Positions 38,978 to 49,784 are shown, numbered from the stretch's first letter. The stretch is DNA of 64,000 nucleotides from Candidatus Poribacteria bacterium (GCA_965215265.1 OZ244048.1:640001-704000), one strand, 5' to 3'. Numbers and translations are program-made. Notes: generated by a model from the sequence alone, not told the origin.

Positions 38978-39295
38978 ATGTATGTTATCATTGCCCCTAT
39001 TCAGATTAAAGAGGGCCACAGAGAAGATTTCATTGAAGCGATGTTAGACGACGCGAAAGGTTCTGTGAAGAATGAGCCGGGCTGCCTGAGGTTTGATGTA
39101 ATTCAGGACAGTTCCGACCTGAATAGAATCTGGCTGTACGAAGTCTATGTGGATGAGGCAGCATTTCAAGAGCATCTGAAAGCACCGCACTTCATTAAGT
39201 GGCGGGATACCGTCAAGGACTGGTTCGATCCGGGACCGAAGGGAGCTGGTGCTGGAAGTTCCAACATTTGGCCACCGGACGAAGACTGGAAGTGA
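38978..39295 (+). CDS. ABM-fold protein (LsrG/quinol monooxygenase-like)
   Basis: EPGCLRFDV, LYEVY, H..APHF..WR. Confidence 0.88.
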   Translation: MYVIIAPIQIKEGHREDFIEAMLDDAKGSVKNEPGCLRFDVIQDSSDLNRIWLYEVYVDEAAFQEHLKAPHFIKWRDTVKDWFDPGPKGAGAGSSNIWPPDEDWK

Positions 39296-39327
39296 GGTTG
39301 TTATCCTATTGATTTAAACGTTTTTTG

Positions 39328-39362
39328 AAAGGGCGAGGTTGCTTCGCCCTTTGCGTTTTTTT
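39328..39362 (+). terminator. Probable intrinsic terminator
   Basis: AAAGGGCGAGG-ttg-CTTCGCCCTTT followed by a T tract. Confidence 0.7.
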
Positions 39363-39439
39363 AGGCATCTCGTGATACAATTTTTTAGCAGCTGCACCGT
39401 GGCGGATGTAATGCAGCCTAAATTGAAGAAATTAGTATC

Positions 39440-40192
39440 TCACCCTGCCGTAACCGGGTTCTTAAGGGTCCCGATGCCTTCAATTTCAACTTCAGCGACA
39501 TCGCCAACTTTCAAAGCAGTTGTTGTACCGGGTGTACCAGTGAAGACTGCGTCGCCGGGTTCCAAGGTTATTGCTTGTGAGATGAAACTGATAATTGTTG
39601 GTACGGGGAAAATCAGGTCTGCGGTTGTCTGTGCTTGGACAATTTCGCCGTTGATACGCGTCTGCAATTGTGCGTCGGTGTAGTCCACATCGGTTGCAAT
39701 AACGGGCCCGATCGGTCCGAAGGTATCAGATGCCTTTGCACGCCACCACTGCAAATCGTTGCTCTGCCATGTACGTGCACTGACATCGTTTCCGCAGGTT
39801 ACGCCGAGGATATTTGCGGCGGCTTCTTCCGGGGCCGCCTTCCGTGTCCGCGTCTTGATGATGACCACGAGTTCGCCTTCGGCGTGAACATCATCATCCC
39901 CCTCCGGCAGGACAATCTCACCCCCCGGATTATTAATACAAGATGGCGTTTTTATGAAGATTTCCGGATTTTGGGGTTCTGGCTGTCCACCCAAATGACT
40001 GCGATAATTGAGCCCAACAGCCAATACTTTTGAAGGGGTTACCGGTGCCAGAAGCTTGACATCTACTAATGCAACGGTGTCCCCGGTTTCGCTATATTCA
40101 CCAAGTGGGCATCCTGATAAGACACGCAAGTTTTCTCCATCAACAATGCCGTAACCTACTGTTTCATCTAATGCATATCGTGCAAATTTCAT
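39440..40192 (-). CDS. Fumarylacetoacetate hydrolase family protein
   Basis: VGLNY..H, EGEL, NDVSAR, K..DTF.P.GP, LEPGD...TGTP. Confidence 0.93.
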   Translation of the reverse strand: MKFARYALDETVGYGIVDGENLRVLSGCPLGEYSETGDTVALVDVKLLAPVTPSKVLAVGLNYRSHLGGQPEPQNPEIFIKTPSCINNPGGEIVLPEGDDDVHAEGELVVIIKTRTRKAAPEEAAANILGVTCGNDVSARTWQSNDLQWWRAKASDTFGPIGPVIATDVDYTDAQLQTRINGEIVQAQTTADLIFPVPTIISFISQAITLEPGDAVFTGTPGTTTALKVGDVAEVEIEGIGTLKNPVTAG

Positions 40193-40781
40193 ACAGGATC
40201 TCCTTTTTGCTTTTTCCTTTTTCCATGGTACCTTGATTCTAAAATCGTGTCAATGAAAATTGTGCATTTTTTTTAGGGCAATTTTGTTCTACGGTAACAA
40301 CGGGCTCCAAATTTTAAAGGATGCACCCACAGAGCCCGACATGCATCATCCTTAATTTGGATAAAGGACCATACGGACGAAGGAAACAGGTTCGTAATAG
40401 AGTGATTTATCGCCTTTTACAGTTTCGCCGTTTCGCGGGGCCGAGCGCACCGTTAGTTTGTCTGAATTAGGATTCACAAGATTCGCGGATTTTCAGGGGA
40501 AGAGGGTTCTCTGAACTTGATATACTACAAGCGGATAGAATAGGTTGCTCCCCGCACAATGTCTTCATCGCCGCGTCTGGGTTGTTTGATAGAAACTACT
40601 GAAAACTTGCAAACAGTAGTTTGGCCAGACTTCTGCACGGTGAATTCAACTCTCCCGAGACCACCACGCACCTTTTGACATGCACATTCCGATGACAACT
40701 CAGTGAATAGAACTAGCGGTGCACTCCGTTTAGATAAGCCGTTTCTCCTCAAAATCCGAAACTCAGAGAATACAACTACAC

Positions 40782-40810
40782 TTGACATTCCGCACAATAT
40801 GTATTAAAAT
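40782..40810 (+). promoter_or_regulatory. Sigma70-type promoter of argC-lpxB-lpxK
   Basis: TTGACA-17-TAAAAT. Confidence 0.7.
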
Positions 40811-40846
40811 TGGTATAGAGTCTATAAAAAGATACGGAAAATATAG

Positions 40847-41890
40847 ATGATAAAAATTGGAGTTGTCGGTGCATCGGGGTACAGCGGGAGCGAATTATTG
40901 CGGTTCCTTGTCAACCATCCAGAACCACTTGAGGTAACACTTTGCACGTCTGAAAGTTACACAGGGCAGAAAGTCGAGAGCGTGCTACCCCACCTGCGCG
41001 GTTTCGTCAACCTTGAATTTGAACGCTTGGAACTCGATTCCTTGAAGACACGCGTAGATGTCGTGGTGCTGGCGGTACCACATAAGGTCGCCATGTCATT
41101 CGTACCGCATATTCTCGCGCAAGGATTACGAATTATTGATTTTAGTGCAGATTATCGCTTACGAGATGTTGACACATATAGGGCGTGGTACCACGTAGAA
41201 CACACGAGCCCAGAACTGACATCCGAGGCGGTTTACGGCTTACCGGAACGTTACCGTGATACCATCCGCAAGACGAGATTGGTTGCGAATCCGGGTTGCT
41301 ATCCGACGAGTGCTATTCTGGCGACGCTGCCGCTACTTGACCAAGACATGGTGGAATTGGATACGCTAATTGTCGATGCGAAGTCCGGTATCTCCGGTGC
41401 AGGTCCAAAACCGCGCGATACAACACACTACCCGAATCGCGATGCTAACTTTGTTGCATATAACCTGGGGGCACATCGGCATACCCCGGAAATCGAGCAG
41501 GAATTAGGTGCGGTCGTTGGGGAGCCTGTCTGTGTCACATTCAGTCCACACCTTGTTCCGATGACCCGCGGTATCCTCAGTACAGTTTACGCACGCCTGA
41601 AACAAGAGATGTCGACTGAAGCCTTACTGGAATTATACGCTCGGTTTTATGAAAACGAACCTTTTGTTCGCGTGCTGCCGCCGGGTGAATATCCACAGAC
41701 AAAAGCGGTGATGGGGAGCAACTATTGTGATGTTGGACTTGAAGTAGACAAGCGGACACGCCGTGTCTTAGCGATGTCAGCACTTGATAACCTCGGTAAA
41801 GGTGCAGCGGGTGCAGTTGTGCAAAACCTCAATCTAATGTTCGGTTTTGAGGAGAGTGCCGGGCTTAAAGTACCGGGGTTGATGCCTTAG
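40847..41890 (+). CDS. argC: N-acetyl-gamma-glutamyl-phosphate reductase
   Basis: GASGYSG, SADYRL, VANPGCYPT, SGISGAG, HRHTPEI, DNLGKGAAG. Confidence 0.97.
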   Translation: MIKIGVVGASGYSGSELLRFLVNHPEPLEVTLCTSESYTGQKVESVLPHLRGFVNLEFERLELDSLKTRVDVVVLAVPHKVAMSFVPHILAQGLRIIDFSADYRLRDVDTYRAWYHVEHTSPELTSEAVYGLPERYRDTIRKTRLVANPGCYPTSAILATLPLLDQDMVELDTLIVDAKSGISGAGPKPRDTTHYPNRDANFVAYNLGAHRHTPEIEQELGAVVGEPVCVTFSPHLVPMTRGILSTVYARLKQEMSTEALLELYARFYENEPFVRVLPPGEYPQTKAVMGSNYCDVGLEVDKRTRRVLAMSALDNLGKGAAGAVVQNLNLMFGFEESAGLKVPGLMP

Positions 41891-41893
41891 AAA

Positions 41894-43096
41894 ATGAAGC
41901 AAGGAAAGGTCGGATTGCAAAAGGTTATGATTGTTGCCGGGGAGCCCTCCGGCGACTTGCACGCTTCACACGTAGTTCCACAGCTCCAGGCACTCTCCCC
42001 GGATGTGACTTCTTTCGGGATGGGTGGTAACTTGATGGAAAAGGCGGGTGTGACGCTCAACGTTCACATTCGCGATTCGGCGGTGATGGGATTCGCCGAG
42101 GTTATCGAGGCACTGCCGATGTTGCTCCGGAAACAGATGTACTTAAAAGGTCTAATTCGTGATGAACGGCCTGATGTGCTGCTGCTCGTCGATTTTGCTG
42201 ATTTTAACATGCCGTTAGCGAGGTTCGCGTGGAGACATGACGTGCCTGTTGTGTACTATATTCCACCCAAGGCGTGGGCGTGGCGTGCTGGTCGTGCGAA
42301 GAAACTCGCGAAGTGGACAAACCGCATCGCCGCGATCTTCCCGTTTGAGGCGGAATTCTACCGAAACGCAGGAGCGAACGCAGTCTTTGTTGGACATCCG
42401 CTCGTCGATTTTGCACGGACAGCGATGAGTCCAGAGACCGCACGCAAAAAACTCGGTATCTCTAGACAAGGTGATGCACCGGTGCTCGGGTTACTGCCGG
42501 GGAGCCGCAGATCGGAGATTCGGCACATTCTACCGATTGTACTAAAGAGTGCGGCAAATATTTCGACTATCTACCCGAATGCACAGTGGCTGTTACTGTT
42601 AGCCCCCGGAATCCCGGAGGAGTTTATCACTGACTGCAGGCGTGGGCTATCCGGTGTTCCACCTATTAAAATTGTAAGAGCGGATTCCCCATTCGTAGGA
42701 GGCGAAGAATTCCCAGAAAGCGTGACATATCAGGTGATGCGCGCGGCGACGTTGCTGCTTGTTACAACAGGCACAGCGACACTTGAAGGCGCGTGTATAG
42801 GGACACCGATGGTTATACTCTTTCGCACTTCTACGTTTAATTGGTGCATTATCAGGGCGTTAAGTCCGCTCCAACAGGCAGGACTCCCGAATTTGATTGC
42901 AGGATGCCAGATTGCCCCGGAGCTGCTCCAGTCGGCTCTCACGCCGCGGGCGTTGGCAGAAGACGCACTCAGTTTACTGCACGATTCAGCAAAACGCGAA
43001 GCCCAACAGGACGCATTGCATGAGGTTTACGCAATGCTGGGGACGGCAGGTGCAGCTAAACGGACAGCTGAATTGGTGCTGGAATCTGCGAGATGA
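41894..43096 (+). CDS. lpxB: Lipid-A-disaccharide synthase
   Basis: AGEPSGD, YYIPP..WAWR, IFPFE, VGHPL, LLPGSR..E, GTATLE, LPNL. Confidence 0.95.
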   Translation: MKQGKVGLQKVMIVAGEPSGDLHASHVVPQLQALSPDVTSFGMGGNLMEKAGVTLNVHIRDSAVMGFAEVIEALPMLLRKQMYLKGLIRDERPDVLLLVDFADFNMPLARFAWRHDVPVVYYIPPKAWAWRAGRAKKLAKWTNRIAAIFPFEAEFYRNAGANAVFVGHPLVDFARTAMSPETARKKLGISRQGDAPVLGLLPGSRRSEIRHILPIVLKSAANISTIYPNAQWLLLLAPGIPEEFITDCRRGLSGVPPIKIVRADSPFVGGEEFPESVTYQVMRAATLLLVTTGTATLEGACIGTPMVILFRTSTFNWCIIRALSPLQQAGLPNLIAGCQIAPELLQSALTPRALAEDALSLLHDSAKREAQQDALHEVYAMLGTAGAAKRTAELVLESAR

Positions 43097-44205
43097 AACA
43101 GGCATACTATCGCTTCATCACGGGGGAATCGGATGGAATGCTCTCGAAGTTCCTGCGGTGGCTTCTGACACCACTGCAGTGGCTATACGCGACCGTCATC
43201 TGGGTCCGGAATGGCTTATACGACTCCGGGCTGTTTCGCGTACGGCGTTTGCCGTGCCTTGTCATCAGCGTAGGTAATATCGTTGTTGGCGGCACTGGCA
43301 AAACACCTGCCGTCATCGCGATTGCAAGGCAGCTGCAGCAAGACGGTGTGCGCGTGGCGATTCTACTACGTGGGTATAAGCGGCACGTGCGTGAAAAAGT
43401 GACGGTAGTGTCCGATGGCGAAAACATGTGCTCCTTCCTCATAGAAAGTGGTGATGAAGCAGACATGATGGCGCGTCATCTCACCGGAATTCCGATCATC
43501 GTTGGAAAGCAGCGGTATTTAACTGGAAAACTCGCTTTAGCAAGGTTTAAAAGTCAGGTGTTAATTCTCGACGACGGTTTTCAGCACCGCCAACTCCACC
43601 GCGATATTGAGATTGTCACGCTTAATGCAACCCGGCCGGATGGCACAGGGCAGTTACTCCCGACTGGTACTTTGCGCGAGCCGCTCTCTGCGCTCCGTAG
43701 AGCTGATATCTTGTTATTCACCCAAAGCGACGTACACGAAGTGTCACCTGCTGCCCCAGCAGCATTTCAGCGATTCGCCCCCAATACACGGGTGTTAGAG
43801 ACAGTTCACCGGCCTGTGAAATTGTATCGTTTAGAGCCGGATGGTGCAGAAGGTCTCGCTTTACCGTTTGATTTTTTGCGAGGTCAGCGGCTCCTGGTTG
43901 TATGCGGAATTGGCAATCCGAGCGATTTTGCGGCAACGTTAGCACGCTACGCACCAGAATCCGTTGAATTGATGGCGTTTCGTGACCATCACGTCTACTC
44001 TGAAGCAGATTACAAACGGATCCACGAGTCGCTGAAAGAGACCCGGAGTACTTTAATTGTAACAACACAGAAGGATGAGCAAAAATTAGCACCATTCGCG
44101 GACAAATTGCCGATAGCAGTTTTTGCTGTCACTCTCGTCTTCACTGCTGAAGGTGAACCGCTCTGGGAGTTAATCCGGCAACGGTTCACCCTCCTGCACT
44201 GTTAG
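43093..44205 (+). CDS. lpxK: Tetraacyldisaccharide 4'-kinase
   Basis: VGNIVVGGTGKTP, RGY, GDE, LDDGFQH, LLP.G.LRE, GIGNP, DHH, TT.KD. Confidence 0.96.
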   Translation: MKQAYYRFITGESDGMLSKFLRWLLTPLQWLYATVIWVRNGLYDSGLFRVRRLPCLVISVGNIVVGGTGKTPAVIAIARQLQQDGVRVAILLRGYKRHVREKVTVVSDGENMCSFLIESGDEADMMARHLTGIPIIVGKQRYLTGKLALARFKSQVLILDDGFQHRQLHRDIEIVTLNATRPDGTGQLLPTGTLREPLSALRRADILLFTQSDVHEVSPAAPAAFQRFAPNTRVLETVHRPVKLYRLEPDGAEGLALPFDFLRGQRLLVVCGIGNPSDFAATLARYAPESVELMAFRDHHVYSEADYKRIHESLKETRSTLIVTTQKDEQKLAPFADKLPIAVFAVTLVFTAEGEPLWELIRQRFTLLHC

Positions 44206-45075
44206 TTCAGCGTATAACTCCTGTAGCCGGACGGTCACCGGCCCAATTTCGCCCGTGCCAACCTGCCTGCCATCCACCTCGAGTACGGGGCTTAACTCTC
44301 CGACTGTGCCAGTTGTGAAGACTTCATCCGCTGTGTAAACTTCGGTTAAGGAGACGTTCCGTTCTACTATCGGGATGTTAGCATCGCGTGTGAGGCGGAT
44401 GACGGTGCCTCGTGTAATTCCGGGTAGGCAACTGTCGGCATGCGGAGTCAACACTTGTCCCTTCTTTATCAAAAAGATATTCGTTGCGTTCGTTTCAGAG
44501 ACGTATCCTTGTATGTCGAGCATAATAGCGTCGTCTACACCGGCGACGTTTGCTTCTAGCTTCGCGAGGATGTTGTTAATAAGGTTGTTGTGATGGATTT
44601 TGGAGTCGATGCACTGTGGGGGATTTCTGCGAATCGCAGAGGTGATGAGCCGTATGCCGGTGCGTGAATAGATAGGCGGCTTCCACTCAGCAAGCACAAT
44701 TAAAGTAGTACCGTATTGGTTCACACGCGCGTCCATGCTGGACGTAACCTTTTTGCCCCGACTGAGCGTCAGACGGATGTGGACACTATCACGCATACCG
44801 TTGGCGCGAAGCGTCTCAAAAATTGCGGCTTTGATTTCGTCGCACGTCGGTATCTCTTTAAATGCCATAGCGTGCGCTGAGTCTAACAACCGGTCGAGGT
44901 GCGCCTCTAGTGCAAAAATCTTGCCATCATAAACCCGCAAACCCTCCCAAACGCCGTCGCCGCCTTGGACAAGGCTGTCAAATACCGAAACTTTGGCATC
45001 TTCACGTGGGAGCAGCTCGCCATCTACGTGGATAAAAATGTGTGCGTTTCTCGCATCAGGTAATTGCGGTAACAT
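44170..45075 (-). CDS. Class IV aminotransferase (BCAT-like)
   Basis: GDGVWEGLR, HLDRL, KIHHNNL, ETNATNIF, LPGITR, ADEVFTTGT. Confidence 0.92.
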   Translation of the reverse strand: MLPQLPDARNAHIFIHVDGELLPREDAKVSVFDSLVQGGDGVWEGLRVYDGKIFALEAHLDRLLDSAHAMAFKEIPTCDEIKAAIFETLRANGMRDSVHIRLTLSRGKKVTSSMDARVNQYGTTLIVLAEWKPPIYSRTGIRLITSAIRRNPPQCIDSKIHHNNLINNILAKLEANVAGVDDAIMLDIQGYVSETNATNIFLIKKGQVLTPHADSCLPGITRGTVIRLTRDANIPIVERNVSLTEVYTADEVFTTGTVGELSPVLEVDGRQVGTGEIGPVTVRLQELYAELTVQEGEPLPD

Positions 45076-45111
45076 TGTTTTTATATTTTCCTTTCTTTTA
45101 CCATGAATACC

Positions 45112-45134
45112 GTAGGCACGGTTCGCAACCGCGC
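45112..45134 (+). repeat. GTAG-led REP-like hairpin
   Basis: GTAG-GCACGGTT-cgc-AACCGCGC. Confidence 0.4.
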
Positions 45135-45251
45135 TGCTTCATCCTGAGAGACGATATATAGAATACCCGTTCGTAGTAAGACAATTCATTGTGGCATGTT
45201 CTGAAAATATGAAATTCAGATAATAAATAACTTTAGCACACCTCAAATCGG

Positions 45252-45977
45252 CTAATCCACCGTGATTGCTTCGACGCGGAGTTGCTCGTAATACGGGGAG
45301 CACTCATCTAGCAATGGTTGCAATTCGGCCGGAAGCGGTTCTGTTTTTGGACAGTACGGTTTAAACCCGGTTGTCTGATGGACATTCCTATACCAATGTT
45401 TTGCCCAGATACCATCGGCTGCATGCGCTCCGCGCTCCCAAGTCAACATCTCTGTTTCAAAAGGGATACCGAGGCGTTGACAGAGTTTGCGTAAAACGTC
45501 CTCAGGATTTTGAAGGAGCTGCTGTGCGTCTAAAACCGAAGGCGATTGTCCGAGGTGCTTGAACCACGTCAGCAATTCCGACTGCATTTTTAATCCAGTA
45601 TCGGCTAACGTCGGGGTACCGATGATTTTCGCCAGCGACGGGAGCATCTCACGCGGGTGGCGGATAAGCAGCAAGTTGGCTGTTTCACGCAGGAAGCCGA
45701 GGTCTATTTGAACGAGGTGGTGCGCCATCTGTTTCATGAAAAGCACCGGTTTATCACAGTGTCCAAAGATGACTTCTCGGACAACCTTTGCACCGTCTGT
45801 GTCCATCGCGGCGAGAACCTTTGCAGTACCAGGGTGTAAGGCACCGGTTACATGGAGGTAATGTGCATAGAGTGGTTCGTCGATAACCTGCGTGTCACTC
45901 CGTGAGGCGAAGGCATACATCAGTGCCGTAGAGACGTTCCGTGGGCCCGACCAGAGGCAGATGCGTTTAGTAATCAT
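45252..45977 (-). CDS. Sulfotransferase-like P-loop protein (partner of BCAT-like proteins)
   Basis: WSGPRNVSTALMY.F, DEP.Y, K.M..H, LIRHP, DG.WA.HWY. Confidence 0.85.
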   Translation of the reverse strand: MITKRICLWSGPRNVSTALMYAFASRSDTQVIDEPLYAHYLHVTGALHPGTAKVLAAMDTDGAKVVREVIFGHCDKPVLFMKQMAHHLVQIDLGFLRETANLLLIRHPREMLPSLAKIIGTPTLADTGLKMQSELLTWFKHLGQSPSVLDAQQLLQNPEDVLRKLCQRLGIPFETEMLTWERGAHAADGIWAKHWYRNVHQTTGFKPYCPKTEPLPAELQPLLDECSPYYEQLRVEAITVD

Positions 45978-47605
45978 GGATTTTCTCTTTCCCTCTGTTG
46001 CGTTGAAGGCATCACTTGCACGACTGGAATCACATAGCTCCGAATCCGCACATCGTCTATCGTCTCGGTTTCTGTGCGGGGCACGGGTTCTTTCCGGTAG
46101 TCAAACACGACGTAGTAGCCCCTCTTGCCGCCTTCTAACTTCAGATATGCCGCCAACTGCTGCTTACCCGCTTCATACGATTTCTCGCCTTGCCAAATTT
46201 TCGTCTCAACGATGTATTTTCGGTTTTGGTGCATAATCAAGAGGTCTATTCTACCACGGCCCGTTTGCACCTCCAGCTGCAGGGTGCCTTGCACTAATCT
46301 CACAAAGTTATCCAGGTAGGTTAATAAGAGGTACTGTCCGACAAATTCTTGCGGCGTTTCTGGCACTTGTAGGATGCGGAACCCAGCACGCGCAATGAAA
46401 TCAGAAAAGTTATCTAACAACGCAACCATATTGAGATGCCCTGCTGCAGTTAAATATGCGGAGCCATCTGCCTCTGTGTTGTCCGGAAAGTACTCACGCT
46501 CTAATGCGTGAATCAGCGGGTGGAAAGTCCTGAGGATGCGGTAGAGATAAATCGGATTCGCAATTTCACACATCCCATCCTTACCTTCGACGAGAACACC
46601 GTAGGTGGCAAGTTCATTGATAACCTCGTCGTCCAGATTGAAATCCATGCCTTTATCGTAAGAGGCAATTTGCATCAGTACTTGTTCAAAACGCGGGTTT
46701 AGGCGAATATTGGTTGTCAGGTGTTGAATATGAGTATTCCTGCCTCGCAGCAGTTGGGTGTGTGCCTTGGCAAAGTGTGCGAGTGTCACTGGTTCTGTTT
46801 TAGGAATTCCGAGTTTCTCTGTCAAAATCTGCGCCAGATGATTCACCAAGACCGGTTGCCCACCTGTCTGTCGATGCAGCATCTCAATAACTGCAGTTTC
46901 AAAAGGTTGTCCAACCTCAGCGGTATACTGCGCGAGCAGCTCCCGCACTTGCGCAAAACTGAAATTAGGTAAGTGAAACTCGTCTTGGATATTAAAAGGT
47001 GAGATAGACCGGTCGTAGTTTAATTGTGTAATGTTCTTTACGCCAACGATGCCAACGCTGTGGGGACAGCGCGGTAAGCCTGTCAGATAGATATATCGCA
47101 GCGTTCGCAAAAAACTCCGTATCGCTGCCGATGGAATCGCATCAAATTCGTCCAGCACCAGCACCACTTGTTCTCTGAGCAGTGTGCCTAACTCTTGAAA
47201 AAAATCCAGCAGTGCCACGTGGCCATCTGACGGAGGTGAACTTAGGAAAAGATGTAAGTCATCGGATATCACGCCATCCCGTTGCTCAAAGACCTGCACA
47301 ATATTTTCATGCACTCTTTTATAAAAATCTCGGTAAAACTCATCGCGTGTCCAATCTTCGTATCGCTCAAAGTTAAGTTGGATTGGGAAATAGCCGGGTG
47401 TGTCTGTGCTAAGGCGTTTGAGTGCGGCACGGAAGAAAGTCGTTTTGCCCGTCTGCCGCGGTGCGAAGAGCACGATATAGCGCCCCTCTTTCACGCGCAT
47501 CACGAAATCTGCCAACTCCTCTTGCCTAGAGACGACGTAATGCCGGTCGGGTGAAACGGGTCCACGGGTTTCAAAGTACCTAAACATATCGTGCTGTAGT
47601 GTCAT
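45974..47605 (-). CDS. AAA-like ATPase with a C-terminal PD-(D/E)xK nuclease
   Basis: Walker A APRQTGKTT, Walker B VLDEFD, SPFNI, TGGQP; C-terminal E...GRIDL..IVETK...QL..Y. Confidence 0.88.
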   Translation of the reverse strand: MTLQHDMFRYFETRGPVSPDRHYVVSRQEELADFVMRVKEGRYIVLFAPRQTGKTTFFRAALKRLSTDTPGYFPIQLNFERYEDWTRDEFYRDFYKRVHENIVQVFEQRDGVISDDLHLFLSSPPSDGHVALLDFFQELGTLLREQVVLVLDEFDAIPSAAIRSFLRTLRYIYLTGLPRCPHSVGIVGVKNITQLNYDRSISPFNIQDEFHLPNFSFAQVRELLAQYTAEVGQPFETAVIEMLHRQTGGQPVLVNHLAQILTEKLGIPKTEPVTLAHFAKAHTQLLRGRNTHIQHLTTNIRLNPRFEQVLMQIASYDKGMDFNLDDEVINELATYGVLVEGKDGMCEIANPIYLYRILRTFHPLIHALEREYFPDNTEADGSAYLTAAGHLNMVALLDNFSDFIARAGFRILQVPETPQEFVGQYLLLTYLDNFVRLVQGTLQLEVQTGRGRIDLLIMHQNRKYIVETKIWQGEKSYEAGKQQLAAYLKLEGGKRGYYVVFDYRKEPVPRTETETIDDVRIRSYVIPVVQVMPSTQQRERENP

Positions 47606-48123
47606 CTGTTTCGTTCCTATTGGCTGCTACAGAATTGTCTAACCTTACGTATCATTATAACATATTTTTCGAAAAAAGACACGGTAGGAGCGATCTCCTG
47701 AGCCCGATGCCCGGCGGTATGCCTCTACTTCCCTTTTCAGGATTGCAATTACGCATAAGTTTTTGGACCACCGGCGAGAGGGTTAGATATCTTTTGTCAC
47801 CGGATGCAAAGCAGATTTCTTCCACCTTTCATTGTGGAACCTTTTCTCTGGTGTCTAACACGTTTCAGTTATAAAGCACGCTAAAACTTAGCGCCATGGT
47901 ACATGTCATCCGATGAAAATGGCGCTTAGCTCTCTCTTTCACAATTTGTAGGTAGTAGTAAATTAATAAGGGTACAAAGGGGTTAAAAAACGAAAAACGA
48001 AGCTGCTTAAACCCACTAAATCCCGTTTATCAAATGGACTCTGATTGCGCCGGCGTGCGATGCGTGCATGCGACTTGATAATGTCCAAGTAATTGTAAAA
48101 TCTACCATAAACGCCTCGCGGTT

Positions 48124-49746
48124 CTACTTCTCTTCCAAACCTGCCGCGTGGCGACCTGCAGCCGGATCCCCTGCAGCATAGTACATCCCTATCTCTTCAG
48201 CAATATAGAGCATCACCGGTGCAGCGATTGCAGATGCCTTTGCTGTAATCCGATGTCCGCGTGTAGCGAGTTCTTGCTGAACGTCTGCGCTCACACTGTC
48301 GTTGATAGTCAAGGAGCCTGCATGCTTGAAGGTCTGGACACGGTCGGGATTTGGGTCGAACGAATCTTGGTGATGCGCGGTGGCGAAACGGGGGGCCGTC
48401 ACAGCGGTTTCAGGTAGCATGCCAAATTCAATGAAATTGAGCAGCAAATTTATCGTTGCTTGGTCTTGCAAATCGCCACCGGCAACACTGATTGCTAAAA
48501 TCGGGGCACCCGCCTTGAGCACTAGCGTTGGGGTTAACGTAATTCTGGGCCGTTTTCCAGGCTGGATGCAGTTTGGATGCCCGGGGGTTGTATTGAGGCT
48601 CCGTAAGCGGTTGCCGTAACTGACCCCAGCCTTGCCTCCGATTTCTTCTTCGTGATGAACGTTAGCACTCGGTGTTGCTGCGACAACATTGCCCCACCGG
48701 TCGGCAACCACGCAGGTTGTTGTCCCGCCAACGCCGGGTCGAAATATACCACCGGTTTTGAGCGGCTCCATCTTCTCTGCATCACCGGGGCGTGCTTCGT
48801 GTGCTGCCTTTTTCATATCAATTAAAGGTCTACGAATTTCTGTGTAGACATCGGAAAGTAGTACAGATAACGGAACATCGACAAAGTCCGGATCTCCGTA
48901 GTATTCATCCCGATCCGCCATTGCCAGTTTTAGTGCTTCTATGACAACATGGATGTAGTCTGCTGAGACGTGTCCCATGTCTTTGAGTTCAAAGCCTTCT
49001 AACAGACGTAACGCCTGACAGAGATAGGGTCCTTGTGTCCATGGACCACACTTGCACACCGTGTATCCTCGGTAGTCTGCCATTACTGCATCCTCAATAC
49101 GTGTCACATGCGCAGCAAGGTCTGCTTTACGGAGGAAACCGCCCTTTTCAATGTAAAAGTTTTCGAGTTCATCGGCAATATCGGAATTAACGTCGTTTCG
49201 TCCGTAGAAACGATCGCTGGCAGCTTGCACTTTCTGCTCGCGGCTTCCGGATGTTTTCTTTTCCTCTTCGACCATCCGCTGTAGCGTGCGTGCGAGTTTT
49301 GGGTGCCAGTCCGCCTCGCCGGCCTCTAATAGAGCAAGGGTGGGGGCTACAATTTCCTCAAACGTCTTGGTGCCATATCGCTTAAGCGTAGTGGTGCATA
49401 GATCTACAACTGAGGGAACCGGTGCCATTTTAATGTCACCGTTGGGGATGCCGTGTTTCATGTACCAATCAATAGCGGTTTGTGAAAGCGGGGCAGCGCC
49501 TTGACCTGAAAGGGATTTCACTTCCTGCTTTTCCGCGTCAAAGATAAGTAGGGGCACTTCACCTCCGATAGAACAAGCACCGTGGTCTGTGACATTGAGT
49601 GCAAGAATCGTTCCGGCTGCTGCATCTGCCGCATTTCCACCCGATTCCAGAATTTCGATTCCTGCAGCGACTGCCTTTGCACCACCGGCGGCGACAATCC
49701 CGGTTTTGCTAACGGCTTTCCATCCAATCTGTTGTCTGTTTGGCAT
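48124..49746 (-). CDS. ggt: Gamma-glutamyltransferase family protein
   Basis: GGNAADAA, GGE, ADR..Y.GDP, nucleophile GTT..V.D..GN, PGKRP, GGD.Q; start ATG 49746 after AAGGA. Confidence 0.9.
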   Translation of the reverse strand: MPNRQQIGWKAVSKTGIVAAGGAKAVAAGIEILESGGNAADAAAGTILALNVTDHGACSIGGEVPLLIFDAEKQEVKSLSGQGAAPLSQTAIDWYMKHGIPNGDIKMAPVPSVVDLCTTTLKRYGTKTFEEIVAPTLALLEAGEADWHPKLARTLQRMVEEEKKTSGSREQKVQAASDRFYGRNDVNSDIADELENFYIEKGGFLRKADLAAHVTRIEDAVMADYRGYTVCKCGPWTQGPYLCQALRLLEGFELKDMGHVSADYIHVVIEALKLAMADRDEYYGDPDFVDVPLSVLLSDVYTEIRRPLIDMKKAAHEARPGDAEKMEPLKTGGIFRPGVGGTTTCVVADRWGNVVAATPSANVHHEEEIGGKAGVSYGNRLRSLNTTPGHPNCIQPGKRPRITLTPTLVLKAGAPILAISVAGGDLQDQATINLLLNFIEFGMLPETAVTAPRFATAHHQDSFDPNPDRVQTFKHAGSLTINDSVSADVQQELATRGHRITAKASAIAAPVMLYIAEEIGMYYAAGDPAAGRHAAGLEEK

Positions 49747-49784
49747 GGATTTTTCCTTTGTTGAATTAATTCTTTGCAATTTAG

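Noticed and set aside
47880-48115. IS or MITE ends (GGTAG...CTACC; AGCGCCAT/ATGGCGCT)
   Set aside because: The inverted matches are too short, with no transposase or target duplication.
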